From assembly GCA_964343265.1 (NCBI GenBank), contig CAYFIW010000001.1, positions 72,512 through 136,511 on the forward strand: a stretch of DNA of 64,000 bases. The letters are read 5' to 3'. Positions 27,255 to 36,660 of the stretch are shown here, piece by piece. Below the pieces are notes generated by a model. It saw nothing but the letters and a program-made list of their open reading frames with translations, did no database searches and was not told the origin of the DNA. The position numbers and the translations under genes are program-made. The DNA comes from an uncultured Dehalococcoidia bacterium (GTDB lineage Bacteria; Chloroflexota; Dehalococcoidia; Lucifugimonadales; UBA826). Each line of letters begins with the position of its first letter. The stretch's first letter is position 1.

Positions 27255-29969
27255 ATGGAATGTGTCAATTGCGGTAAAGATTATCAGGCGATCCAGAAAT
27301 TTTGTACCAGCTGTGGGTCTAGCGTTCAGGTTGATTCGGATCGAATAGGCTCTCATTCGCCAGAGGGATTATTCGAAGAACTGAGGTCAATCTCTTTTTC
27401 TATAAGAACCCTGGCCTCTTTTGTAAGGTCTGGAGATACCGTCGCAATAGATATCACTGAACGATTGAGATTTCGAAGAGAATCCCTATTAAAGAAATTT
27501 AATGAAGTAGCTTCAGAGGCATATGTTTCAACTACTCCTATACATCTTTCGTATCTAGAAAACGTGCTAAGAGCTTCAGGTTTATCGGATTTAGAAATTG
27601 ATAGTTATATTTCTCAGGAATTAGAACCAGTTTCTCAATCGAAAGATCAAAAGACATTGGAGCATAGGGGGGGGTATTCTATTTCGAATAACCTTCTCCC
27701 TGCCCTTCTGTTGCTTGGGGTTCTTTTACTTGCCGCCAGCTCTTTGGTTCTGCTTGTGACCTTGTGGTCTGATTTTTCATGGATTGTGAAACAGATTATT
27801 TTACTGGTACAGATGGTCTCTTTCATTGCAGCAGGACATTTCATGAAATATAAGCAAAAGTTGCATTATTCTGGCTTAGCACTGGTAACTCTGGGCGCAG
27901 TATGGGGATTGTTCAATGCGGGTGCTATAGCCTATGAGTTTATTGGGACTCGAGGAGAAATTATTGTTCCTGGCATTGCATTGGCAATAGATTTACCGGC
28001 GCATGGATGGATTCTTATAAGTTCGGTATCTTTTTTTATTTGGATAGTTCTATCAAGTTTTTATAAAGGGCATGTACTAATTAATGGAACCGCCATATTT
28101 TTTGTCGCGAGCATGGGTTTACTTCCTTCTGTTCTTGGTACAACCTGGCACTGGGGTCTTGGAAGTGCAGCCCTAGCGTCCTCCTTGGTGACATTCTTTT
28201 CAACTATGTCGTTGCGCTTCGGGATTGGGATTGGTAAAGCAGGAGATTATTTATTCTGGACTTCACAAATAATATTACCTGTCACTTTTTTTGTTTTTTT
28301 ACAGGAATGGACTGACGACAGAATATCGTTGTATTGTTCCTCGATTATTTTTATTGCTGCTGCTTTAACGTCGGTTGTAGTGGTGAAGTTAAAGCCGTCA
28401 GGAGAGTTTGCTTTTTATAGGTATGGGTGCGTTACGTCTTTTGTTTTGGCCCTAGGAAGTTTCGTTTTTGAATCAGGTTTGGTGCAGGGTGAGTGGTTTG
28501 GGGTTTTTATTGCTTTAACTGCTCTTGGATGTGCTGTTTTGATGATTTTAATGAATCGGAGAGAACTCGTTATTTCGGATTGGTCAATAACTTTAGGGTA
28601 TTGTACCTTGGCTATTTCAGTTATCGCCTCTCTATGGCCTGAATTTTCCCAGTTTTCAAAGGGGGCCACTCTACTTTTGGCAGGAGGTTCTTTATGGGTT
28701 TCAGCTTTCGAATTATCGAATAAAAAATTGTTACTGTTCACAGGGATGCCAATAGCAATAGGTGGATTATTGTTAATAGACCTATTACTAGAGGGCCAGA
28801 ATCTAGGTAATTATGAACTATCTTGGTTAGTCTTTGCCATTGCGCTAGCCGGGCAATTATGCTCATTTGTAGGACTGAGAGTGGCTGAGAAATTTTTTCT
28901 TCCTCTTTTTTCTGCGAGCGTAGCCTTTTCATTGGCGGCAGTTACGATTTCTGGGTGGGGTGATTGGGCGAATTGGGAAGGATTATTCATGTGCATCACT
29001 TTCTTTTGCATATGCGTGTTTTTAATCCGGATACGCCAACAGAAAATCATTGGTGTGGCTGTCTTATTTTGGCTTACAGCGGCCGGAGGATTCGCGATGG
29101 GGATGATGGGTCTATCCTTCGTGGAGAGGTCAGTAGGTTGGGCTATAGAATCGCTTCTTCTTATGTGGCTAAATCAATCTATCGCACATATAGGCGTATT
29201 AAGAAAATTATTTTCTAATAGGTTTTGGAATGGCCTTATAGAACAAGCTTCCTTGAGATTGTCTTGGTTCGCATTAGGATACGTGATATTGGTATTAATT
29301 GGGGGGTCATTCGATTCTGATACTTTTGGAAATTCAAACATATCGATGTTAGCGATAACATTTTCCATTGTCGGAGTTTCCTATGTAGGAACATCGATAA
29401 TGAGAAAGAGCCATACCTTAGCTTATGTAGGATTTGTTCTACTTCTTTTCGGTTGGATAGTTCAAGCGATTGATTGGCGTATAGGTCAAGCTCAGATTTA
29501 TGCAATACCTGTGGGGTTATATCTTTTTGGAGTCGCTCATTGGGAGCGGTTGAAGTTGAGTCCACAAAAATATCAGGATGCCTATTTCATAGATCAAACG
29601 TCGACTGAAAATGAGAACGGTGTAATGTGGAGTCCATTTGTTGAGGTTTTGGCTCTCCTTCTTGTGGGTGGTTCAGCTTTTATTCAATCTGTAACTCAGA
29701 AGCCCGAATGGGTTTATGCTCTGCTGCTTGGAATTGAAGGAGTTTTAATTCTCATATGGGGTTCAGTAAGCCGTTCTAGAATATTGTTTGTTGGTGGAGT
29801 ATTGATATTTGCCATCAATGTTATATATCAATTAACGTCTCTACTGTCTCATCTAGGTGGAGCCATGGTAGGAGTAATATTTGGCTCATTGATTATCGTA
29901 TTAGTAGTGCTTGCTGAAAGATTTCGAGGAAAACTCTCGTTATTAGTGGATAGATTTACAAAAAATTAG
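27255..29969 (+). CDS. large polytopic membrane protein (about 20 or more TM helices) with N-terminal cytoplasmic zinc ribbon
   Basis: 904 aa. MECVNCGKDYQAIQKFCTSCGS ribbon, about 130 aa of soluble linker, then continuous hydrophobic helices to the C-terminus. Confidence 0.7.
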   Translation: MECVNCGKDYQAIQKFCTSCGSSVQVDSDRIGSHSPEGLFEELRSISFSIRTLASFVRSGDTVAIDITERLRFRRESLLKKFNEVASEAYVSTTPIHLSYLENVLRASGLSDLEIDSYISQELEPVSQSKDQKTLEHRGGYSISNNLLPALLLLGVLLLAASSLVLLVTLWSDFSWIVKQIILLVQMVSFIAAGHFMKYKQKLHYSGLALVTLGAVWGLFNAGAIAYEFIGTRGEIIVPGIALAIDLPAHGWILISSVSFFIWIVLSSFYKGHVLINGTAIFFVASMGLLPSVLGTTWHWGLGSAALASSLVTFFSTMSLRFGIGIGKAGDYLFWTSQIILPVTFFVFLQEWTDDRISLYCSSIIFIAAALTSVVVVKLKPSGEFAFYRYGCVTSFVLALGSFVFESGLVQGEWFGVFIALTALGCAVLMILMNRRELVISDWSITLGYCTLAISVIASLWPEFSQFSKGATLLLAGGSLWVSAFELSNKKLLLFTGMPIAIGGLLLIDLLLEGQNLGNYELSWLVFAIALAGQLCSFVGLRVAEKFFLPLFSASVAFSLAAVTISGWGDWANWEGLFMCITFFCICVFLIRIRQQKIIGVAVLFWLTAAGGFAMGMMGLSFVERSVGWAIESLLLMWLNQSIAHIGVLRKLFSNRFWNGLIEQASLRLSWFALGYVILVLIGGSFDSDTFGNSNISMLAITFSIVGVSYVGTSIMRKSHTLAYVGFVLLLFGWIVQAIDWRIGQAQIYAIPVGLYLFGVAHWERLKLSPQKYQDAYFIDQTSTENENGVMWSPFVEVLALLLVGGSAFIQSVTQKPEWVYALLLGIEGVLILIWGSVSRSRILFVGGVLIFAINVIYQLTSLLSHLGGAMVGVIFGSLIIVLVVLAERFRGKLSLLVDRFTKN

Positions 29970-30793
29970 GTGGTCGGTATAAAAATCCTCTTTGAATTGA
30001 CTCTTAAAAGATTGCCGAATCCAGGTGAAGGGAAATGACCTGAGGCAAGTAATGCATTCTCTCTTTCAATAAAGGTCATCACCATATTTCTGGATTCAGC
30101 CGATAATTTCTTATCATGATCCGGTGACGGACTCCAATCAGTTTCCTGTGTTTGTGGAGGGATATGGGCTGCATCTCCTAAAATAACGACCTTTTCTCCT
30201 TTAGAGGCTATGAGTAGACTGCAATGTCCAGGAGTATGCCCTGGAGTTGGCAAGGTCGTTATTTCGTTTGTTACTTTGGATTCACCGTCGAATAAGTCAA
30301 GTGTGCCACCATCTATAAGCGGCTGGATTTGCTCATTCAGGTATTCGAACCTTTTGCGTTTTGCCATCCGACTAAAGTGAGACCAGTCATTTTTTGACAC
30401 CATATACTTTGCATTTGGAAATGTTGGTTTCCATCCTTCAGATGTCTTAGTCATGTTAGTGCCAACATGGTCCAGATGAAGATGAGTCATGAATACGATA
30501 TTGAAATCTGAAACTGAAAATCCCGCAGAATTGATTTCATTTACTAGGGTTTCTCTTTCAGGCTGTTCTATATTGTGGTCAAGTTTTCCGAGGCCGGTGT
30601 CTACTAAAATAACATTTTTTTCTGTTCTTATGATGAAAGAGCCTACATTCATCTCAAAATGGGGACCTTGGTATTCAGAATAATCGCTCCAATTTTCATT
30701 CTCAATACCGCTGAAAAATTGTGATTTATCAAAAATCATTCGCCCGTCTGAAACAGAAAAAATCGAGGTATCTCCGACTAGTACACTATGCAT
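29966..30793 (-). CDS. MBL-fold metallo-hydrolase (lactonase-like)
   Basis: THLHLDHVG (HxHxDH) and later TPGHTPGH / GDAAH metal ligand blocks. Confidence 0.8.
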   Translation of the reverse strand: MHSVLVGDTSIFSVSDGRMIFDKSQFFSGIENENWSDYSEYQGPHFEMNVGSFIIRTEKNVILVDTGLGKLDHNIEQPERETLVNEINSAGFSVSDFNIVFMTHLHLDHVGTNMTKTSEGWKPTFPNAKYMVSKNDWSHFSRMAKRKRFEYLNEQIQPLIDGGTLDLFDGESKVTNEITTLPTPGHTPGHCSLLIASKGEKVVILGDAAHIPPQTQETDWSPSPDHDKKLSAESRNMVMTFIERENALLASGHFPSPGFGNLLRVNSKRIFIPTT

Positions 30794-30829
30794 GCTCTTT
30801 TTTTCCTTTTCAATATAGTTTCCTGTGTA

Positions 30830-31774
30830 TTAGCCCTGATGAAATGTTGGGATTATGTGTTCGCCCAATAGCTCCATTTGCTGATATGTCATTTCAGGTG
30901 GGCATGCCGGTCGCAAGGCAAACTTTGTTGCGCCGGCTTCAATATATTCATTTAATAATTTAATTAATGTGTCTGGTGGACCAAACGCGTTCATGTTTCT
31001 TGATGGAATGTCCGTACGGCGTCTCAATGTGTATGGTTGTGCTAGCTTTTCAGCTTCTGCGGTACTGTCTGCGAAACAGTAACTAAAAATTGCTCCATAG
31101 TGGTCATCTTCTATTGGGTTATTGAAATCTGATGCCATTTCCTTAATTTTAGGTACGCTAATAGCTACCTCTTCCGGTGGTGCCTGTGAAACCAGCCAAC
31201 CGTCACCTAATTTCGCGGTTCTTTTTAATGCTGGTTCACTTCTTCCACCAAACCATATAGGCGGTAATTGTTCTTGAACAGGCTTTGGTTCTACAGATAC
31301 CCCATTCAATTTGAAGTGCTTTCCCTGGTAATTCACGTTATTTTCTGTCCATAATAACCTCATGATTTCCACAGCTTCTTCTGTTCGGGAAACACGGACT
31401 TTCTTGCTTGTGCCACAGGCCTCATATTCAACCTCATCCTCGGTCCCTAGACCTACGGCTGGCAAACATCGCCCGTTAGACAAAAAGTCTATAGTTGCTA
31501 GTTCTTTTGCTAACACCGTGGGATTTCTCAATGGTAGAGCAATTACACTTGTTCCAAATTTAAGCTTTTCGGTTCTGGACGCGATAAATGACATAGCTAC
31601 CACGGTCTCAAGTGAAAATACTGGTGAAACTATTCGATCTGTGAACCAGATCGAATCGATGTCTAAGGTTTCCATTTTTTCAATGTAGTCCCAAAGTAGT
31701 TGAGGATTCGGTGACGGAAATGGCCATCCGCCTAACGCTATTCCAATTCTTACTTTGTCATTGGATATATTCAT
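30830..31774 (-). CDS. luciferase-like (LLM class, probably F420-dependent) oxidoreductase
   Basis: 314 aa. TIM-barrel LLM blocks (DSIWFTDR, FGTSVIALPLRNP, PIWFGG). Confidence 0.8.
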   Translation of the reverse strand: MNISNDKVRIGIALGGWPFPSPNPQLLWDYIEKMETLDIDSIWFTDRIVSPVFSLETVVAMSFIASRTEKLKFGTSVIALPLRNPTVLAKELATIDFLSNGRCLPAVGLGTEDEVEYEACGTSKKVRVSRTEEAVEIMRLLWTENNVNYQGKHFKLNGVSVEPKPVQEQLPPIWFGGRSEPALKRTAKLGDGWLVSQAPPEEVAISVPKIKEMASDFNNPIEDDHYGAIFSYCFADSTAEAEKLAQPYTLRRRTDIPSRNMNAFGPPDTLIKLLNEYIEAGATKFALRPACPPEMTYQQMELLGEHIIPTFHQG

Positions 31775-31823
31775 GTACTTCCTCTCCTTGCCGAGTGATT
31801 ACATTTGGTCAGATATATCAAGG

Positions 31824-32546
31824 TTAAACGTTAAGCAGCTCACATAATTCTATGAAGCTAGAAGTTATCAAGTCTGGCCTGTATATAGTTTCATCATATG
31901 GCAGATCATATCGGTTTACATAAGCACCTCTATACCCGCTGTGTCGAGCTCCTAAAATATCGAATGAATGCGCGGCTACCATCATTATTTGGTTTGGTTC
32001 CAATGTCAGTGCTTGGGCTGCAAATCTATAGACAGATGGGTGGGGTTTAAATTGTCCCACAGTTTCTGCCGATAATATTGAATCAAACTTGAACTTTATT
32101 CTCTCGTCGGCCAAATATTCTAAAAACTTTTGTTCCCCGTTTGAAAGCATCACCAATTTATATTTGGTTGCTAGTCGGGTTAGGCTAGGTACGGCCTCTT
32201 TAAATGGGCTTAGAAATTGGTAACTGTCCATGAAATCGTCAATTAAGTTAAGGGTGAATTCAACTTTAAGGGTTTTTAAAGTGTAGATCAAAGATCTTTT
32301 TTTTACGGAAAGATATCCGCTGTGGCCTAAAAGTAAAAGATTATCCTGGTACTGTTCGATTCGTTGCCTGTATCTCCATTGAGACCATACCTCTTCCCCT
32401 GTTAACTCTGAGGTGGCTTTGCATTTTCGGAGTAAATCTTCTAAGGGTGGAATTAGACTTCCAGAAAGATCTAGAACTGTGCCGAATATATCAAAGGTAA
32501 GTGTCGTTACTTGCTCTATTTGAGGAGTTGAGTAATTTAATGTCAT
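31824..32546 (-). CDS. haloacid dehalogenase type II (HAD superfamily)
   Basis: LTFDIFGTVLD (nucleophile Asp), VMLSNGEQ, FKPHPSVY, AAHSFDILGARHSG blocks typical of L-2-haloacid dehalogenases. Confidence 0.75.
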   Translation of the reverse strand: MTLNYSTPQIEQVTTLTFDIFGTVLDLSGSLIPPLEDLLRKCKATSELTGEEVWSQWRYRQRIEQYQDNLLLLGHSGYLSVKKRSLIYTLKTLKVEFTLNLIDDFMDSYQFLSPFKEAVPSLTRLATKYKLVMLSNGEQKFLEYLADERIKFKFDSILSAETVGQFKPHPSVYRFAAQALTLEPNQIMMVAAHSFDILGARHSGYRGAYVNRYDLPYDETIYRPDLITSSFIELCELLNV

Positions 32547-32771
32547 TAATCACCAGCTTTAGAGAAATTTCTATATAGGAAGGAATAATAGACTATACAT
32601 ATATTTAAAAGGTGTTATCTATGATTCTCGTTTACAAGATTTGTTTCACGTGTGGGCAATAAGTTGTGTAATGTTTGTTATTTATCGTGGTGAATTGATT
32701 GGATTTAACGTTAGTGATCAGTAGACTGACACCTAATACATGTAAGGCATAATATTTGTTCGAGTGATTTC

Positions 32772-33557
32772 ATGATTCATTTAATTGATGAAACTAATAA
32801 TAGTGAATGGGCGGATCTTTGCGATCTTTTTTATCTGGGTGTTGAAGATGACCTGTCATTTTATGTGGAACAATCTAGAAAGGTGGGAGGTTCTGCCCTT
32901 GTCCTCGGGTGTTCTACAGGGAGAGTCGTTAATGCTCTTGCAGGTAGTGGTAAATTTACAGATGGAATAGATCCGTCTGCTGCTCAAATTGCCAAAGCAT
33001 CAAATAACCTTCAACAAGAGAGTAGAGGAAAATCTAATCTTATTCAGGATGATTTGTATGACTTTGAAGTAAATGAGAGTCATCGTTATGGGATAGTTGT
33101 GATACCTAATTACGCTTTTATGTCAATTATCTCTCCTGATGATCAAGAAACCTTTTTGAAACGTATAAATCAAATTTTGTCTAATGGAGGATTGTTAGTT
33201 CTTGATATGGAAGTACCCGATCCGTCGGTAATGTTATGTGATCCATCTATTTTGTATCATGAATTAGACTTAGACACTCAACAAGATTCCAGTGTCACGA
33301 TATACACACAAAGAGACTATGATTTTTTCTCTCAAATAGGGCTTTTGAAGATTGTTGCAGAACATATTGATGCTAGCGGTCTGGTGACGAAACGAACTCT
33401 TCATGAATTAGGTTTTAGATATACGTTTAGATGGGAAATGTTTCAGTTGTTGAAGCTTTGCGGATTTACCTCAATCCGGCTCTTTTCCGACTTCAATATG
33501 GAGTCTTTTGATGAGAACAGCACGAAAATGGTTTGGGTGGCAACCAACAATAATTGA
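32772..33557 (+). CDS. class I SAM-dependent methyltransferase
   Basis: ALVLGCSTGRV (motif I) and GGLLVLD (post-I/II) blocks. Confidence 0.7.
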   Translation: MIHLIDETNNSEWADLCDLFYLGVEDDLSFYVEQSRKVGGSALVLGCSTGRVVNALAGSGKFTDGIDPSAAQIAKASNNLQQESRGKSNLIQDDLYDFEVNESHRYGIVVIPNYAFMSIISPDDQETFLKRINQILSNGGLLVLDMEVPDPSVMLCDPSILYHELDLDTQQDSSVTIYTQRDYDFFSQIGLLKIVAEHIDASGLVTKRTLHELGFRYTFRWEMFQLLKLCGFTSIRLFSDFNMESFDENSTKMVWVATNNN

Positions 33558-33596
33558 TTCTTTTCATAAGATCAGTATCCTTAGCTTGAAGATCAA

Positions 33597-33857
33597 TTAG
33601 TAATTATAGAGGTGACAAACTACCCCGTGGTTTTCTAATGGGAACATTCTTGTCGGTTCCATCGTAGAACAAGCGCCTATGGCTGAAGGACATCTTTCAT
33701 GAAAATGACATCCTGACGGAGGATTCACAGGCGAAGGTACTTCACCTGAAAGTATTATTTCTTCCCGGTCATCATCTGGATGGGATGGAAGAGTCGCTGA
33801 CATTAGGGCTCTTGTATAAGGATGCAAAGGATTGTCAAAAAGTTCGTTAGGCGTCAA
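33597..33857 (-). pseudogene. orphan C-terminal remnant of an oligopeptide/dipeptide ABC transporter ATPase (OppD/DppD-type)
   Basis: 86 codons. [13 protein letters not shown]...[20 protein letters not shown]...VVCHLY matches the Opp/Dpp ATPase C-terminal domain only. In-frame stops lie directly upstream, and no Walker A/B, permease or binding-protein gene is nearby. Confidence 0.7.
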
Positions 33858-33954
33858 TTAAAGCTATGCGAATTGAATTACTTGATACTATCTTTTCTAT
33901 ATATGTTTATACTGATTCATGCTTGGATCAGTTTTAGGTACCAGGGCATAAATA

Positions 33955-34398
33955 CTAATACCCATAGATTGCCTGTTGAGTGAAATTCTTAACGTTCCAT
34001 GAAGAATCTATCGCTAGATCTGAGACCGATTTCCATCCTGCATCACTTAGTACCTCCCAACCATCACATGTTGTTATATCACTAGGACGTGAAGATTTAG
34101 GTGACGGGTACCCAAACCAGAGACTTCCTTCTTTATGCAAAACGGATACTGCGGCTGAAGCAAACTCTGATAGATCAGATTTATTACGGATGAATATAAG
34201 TATGAAATCAAAAAGGTCAGTTGGTATTTTATTGGCGTTGGTCGAGAGTTGGTAACTTACCGCCATTTCATCTATTTCACCAGCGTATTTGTTTGGGGCC
34301 TCTAATATCAAAATACGTTTGGCGTTCCCAATTAATGAACGAATGGATGAATAAGTTTTTTTTGACATAGTTACTGGATAGTTTAAACAGTATTGCAT
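33955..34398 (-). CDS. hypothetical protein, DUF3052-like
   Basis: ILILEAPNKY...FDFILIFIRNKSDL...GSLWFGYPSPKS...IDSSWNV pattern resembles DUF3052. The start is uncertain (alternative ATG at 34368). Confidence 0.45.
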   Translation of the reverse strand: MQYCLNYPVTMSKKTYSSIRSLIGNAKRILILEAPNKYAGEIDEMAVSYQLSTNANKIPTDLFDFILIFIRNKSDLSEFASAAVSVLHKEGSLWFGYPSPKSSRPSDITTCDGWEVLSDAGWKSVSDLAIDSSWNVKNFTQQAIYGY

Positions 34399-34555
34399 TT
34401 AATGATACTGTCTATATGTATATTGCCCCTTGCGATAATCGTTTTCGCTTGTATAATTCACGGTCGACACCAGTTAATGGTACACGATGTCTTTCGTCCA
34501 TTACGGTTAGAAATTAATAGTGATGACTCTGCTGATAAGATTGTAGAATACTGAA

Positions 34556-34584
34556 TTGAACTTCAGTAATTATTAGTATAGAAT
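34556..34584 (+). promoter_or_regulatory. sigma70-like promoter candidate TTGAAC-17-TAGAAT
   Basis: Hexamers read from the sequence about 85 nt upstream of the 34668 start. The AT-rich context makes chance matches likely. Confidence 0.25.
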
Positions 34585-34667
34585 TCTGTTTACCGCTATT
34601 AAAATAAATAATTAAACATTTATCAAGGTAAATTGAGAAAGTTAAGAGCCTTTAGGAGATTGTAGAG

Positions 34668-34862
34668 ATGGTGTATTACAAGTCGTGTCCAAAATGCAGG
34701 GGCGACATGCACATAAGGAAGGACGTTTACGGGGATTTTAAGGAATGCATACAATGCGGATTGTTGCAGGATCTTATCGAGAAGCCGTCCATGGAATTGG
34801 CTGGTGTTCAGTCGAACGGTAACTCAAATAAACCCCAGGGTAACAAAGGTAAGGCAGCTTAA
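34668..34862 (+). CDS. small zinc-ribbon protein with basic low-complexity tail, paralog of 26928-27170
   Basis: 64 aa. SCPKCRGDMHIRKDVYGDFKECIQCGLLQDL. GGAG RBS before the ATG. Confidence 0.5.
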   Translation: MVYYKSCPKCRGDMHIRKDVYGDFKECIQCGLLQDLIEKPSMELAGVQSNGNSNKPQGNKGKAA

Positions 34863-34984
34863 GCGTTTTCGAATACTTGACTCGACATAGCAATCAATTT
34901 GGCTTTAACTAGATGGTCAGCAGTTTAATTAATTGTCTGTGTAAAGATTTAGATATAGTCTTGATTTTAGAGAGTATAATCCCA

Positions 34985-36091
34985 CTAAATATCCTCTGAG
35001 AATCTATTTAGATTGAAAAACTGGATCATAGATTCGTCTCCTGTTGTAACGTATTCCGCCATTATTTTTGCAGTAGCTGGACTAGACATGATTCCTACAT
35101 GGTCGTGTCCAGAAGCTATACTCACACCTGTCAGTTGAGGTAGGGGTCCTAATATCGGCATTCCATCAGGAATTCCAGGTCTGACACCTGCAGATGCTGA
35201 AATGAATTCTGCATCACCCAAGATTGGAAAAATCTCTTTTGCGCTTGCTACCATCTGGGAGATTGCATCACCGGTTACAGTGTTATTAAAGACACCCTCT
35301 TCACGTGTGGCTGCTGATAATATAGTGCCGTCTTTTTGTGGCACCAAGCTCTGAATCCAGTTTTTGGGAATGAATCCTGACTTTCGGATTAGTATACGCT
35401 GACCCTTTATCGGATGGATCGGAATTAGCTCAGAGGTCCAGTGTTGTGAAATTCCACTTCAAGCGCCTGCGGCTATTATCGTATGCTCCGCATGTAAATG
35501 CCCTGACTGCGTTATAACGCCAACTACTTTATTTTTCTCAATTTTAAGTGAGATCACATCCATATCTTCTAAAATGGTTGCCCCTAAATTTTCTGTTGAA
35601 TGTGCAAGAGCTCTAACAAATGCAGAACCTTTTATTGTGGCATCTTTGGGTGAAAATATACCGCCCAGTGCTCTATCGGTGATCTCAGGTTCTCGATCAA
35701 TGAGTTCCTTACGATCGATCCATCTAACCCCAAGACCGAGCTTTTCTTGCCATTTAAGATCATCTAGTAAAAAGCCATCACTGCTTTCATCGAGTAAAAC
35801 TTTAATAGCTCCATTTTGTTGAAATTCGGGATCAACACCTGATTCTTTGAGTTCTTCTACTAGATTGGGAAAATATTCCAAACTTTCCATTCCAAGTTGA
35901 AAATAAGGATAAATGGTGTGGTCCATATACCAGATTGGTCCTATCATTCCAGCTGTTGCACCCGAGGACCCAGACGCTAGTCTGGTTTTTTCAAACACTA
36001 TGCAACTCATGCCTTTTTTTGATATCTCATAAGCTATGGAGCAGCCAATTACGCCACCGCCAATGATCGCAACATCAACGCTTCTAACCAT
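34985..36091 (-). pseudogene. FAD-dependent glycine/D-amino-acid oxidase (DAO/ThiO family) interrupted by one in-frame TGA (35459-35461)
   Basis: N-terminal VAIIGGGVIGCSIAYE dinucleotide fold. ORFs 35459-36091 and 34985-35347 are in the same frame, and the 111 nt between them have no other stop. The read-through product IIAAGA*SGIS...IHPIKGQ matches the conserved GxW and P-x-KG blocks. Confidence 0.75.
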
Positions 36092-36164
36092 AAATATTTT
36101 TCCTCGTGAGATATACTAACTGCAAGTAAATAGAAAATTGCGAGATCTAATTTTGTGAATTAAA

Positions 36165-36193
36165 TTGACTGCATTCATCTTACTTTATAAAAT
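36165..36193 (+). promoter_or_regulatory. sigma70-like promoter candidate TTGACT-17-TAAAAT
   Basis: Hexamers at 36165-36170 and 36188-36193, about 65 nt upstream of the iscA-like ATG with its GAGGAG RBS. Confidence 0.3.
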
Positions 36194-36258
36194 CTAGCGC
36201 GGAGCAGTTAGATTTATGATTGACGTTGAGTTAGATAGGTACCGTTGAGGAGAATCTT

Positions 36259-36615
36259 ATGGCAACAAGAACAATTCCGGAGCCGCTAAGGATCACCATA
36301 AGCGAAGAGGCAGCCGTGCACGTAAAGCAATTTGCTGCTGCTGAAGGCAAGTCGAGTGCCGATCTCAGAGTTGGGGTCAAAGGCGGTGGTTGCTCAGGTC
36401 TAACGTACATGTTGGAAATTGTTGATGATGGTCCTGGGGAGAACGACAAGGTTATTGAAGAACATGACGTAAAGTTGTACGTCGATAAAAAATCCTATGT
36501 ATTTTTAGCTGGTACGGTGCTTGAGTATTCCGGTGGGCTTAATGGCAAAGGTTTCGTATTCAATAATCCTAATGCAAAGACTACATGCGGGTGCGGAACA
36601 TCGTTTAGTGTCTGA
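36259..36615 (+). CDS. erpA: iron-sulfur cluster insertion protein (IscA/ErpA/HesB family)
   Basis: 118 aa. GGGCSG and C-terminal CGCGTSF signature. Confidence 0.85.
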   Translation: MATRTIPEPLRITISEEAAVHVKQFAAAEGKSSADLRVGVKGGGCSGLTYMLEIVDDGPGENDKVIEEHDVKLYVDKKSYVFLAGTVLEYSGGLNGKGFVFNNPNAKTTCGCGTSFSV

Positions 36616-36660
36616 TACGGAAAATTTTTAAACCGACTCACACCTCTTTATTGAACTACA

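Noticed and set aside
35459-35461. TGA reassignment (to Trp or Gly) or selenocysteine as the explanation for the in-frame TGA.
   Set aside because: TGA clearly terminates well-defined genes in this window, for example at 10691-10693, 11989-11991, 15702-15704 and 23942-23944. The site aligns with Trp rather than a redox Cys, and I see no convincing SECIS-like hairpin immediately downstream.
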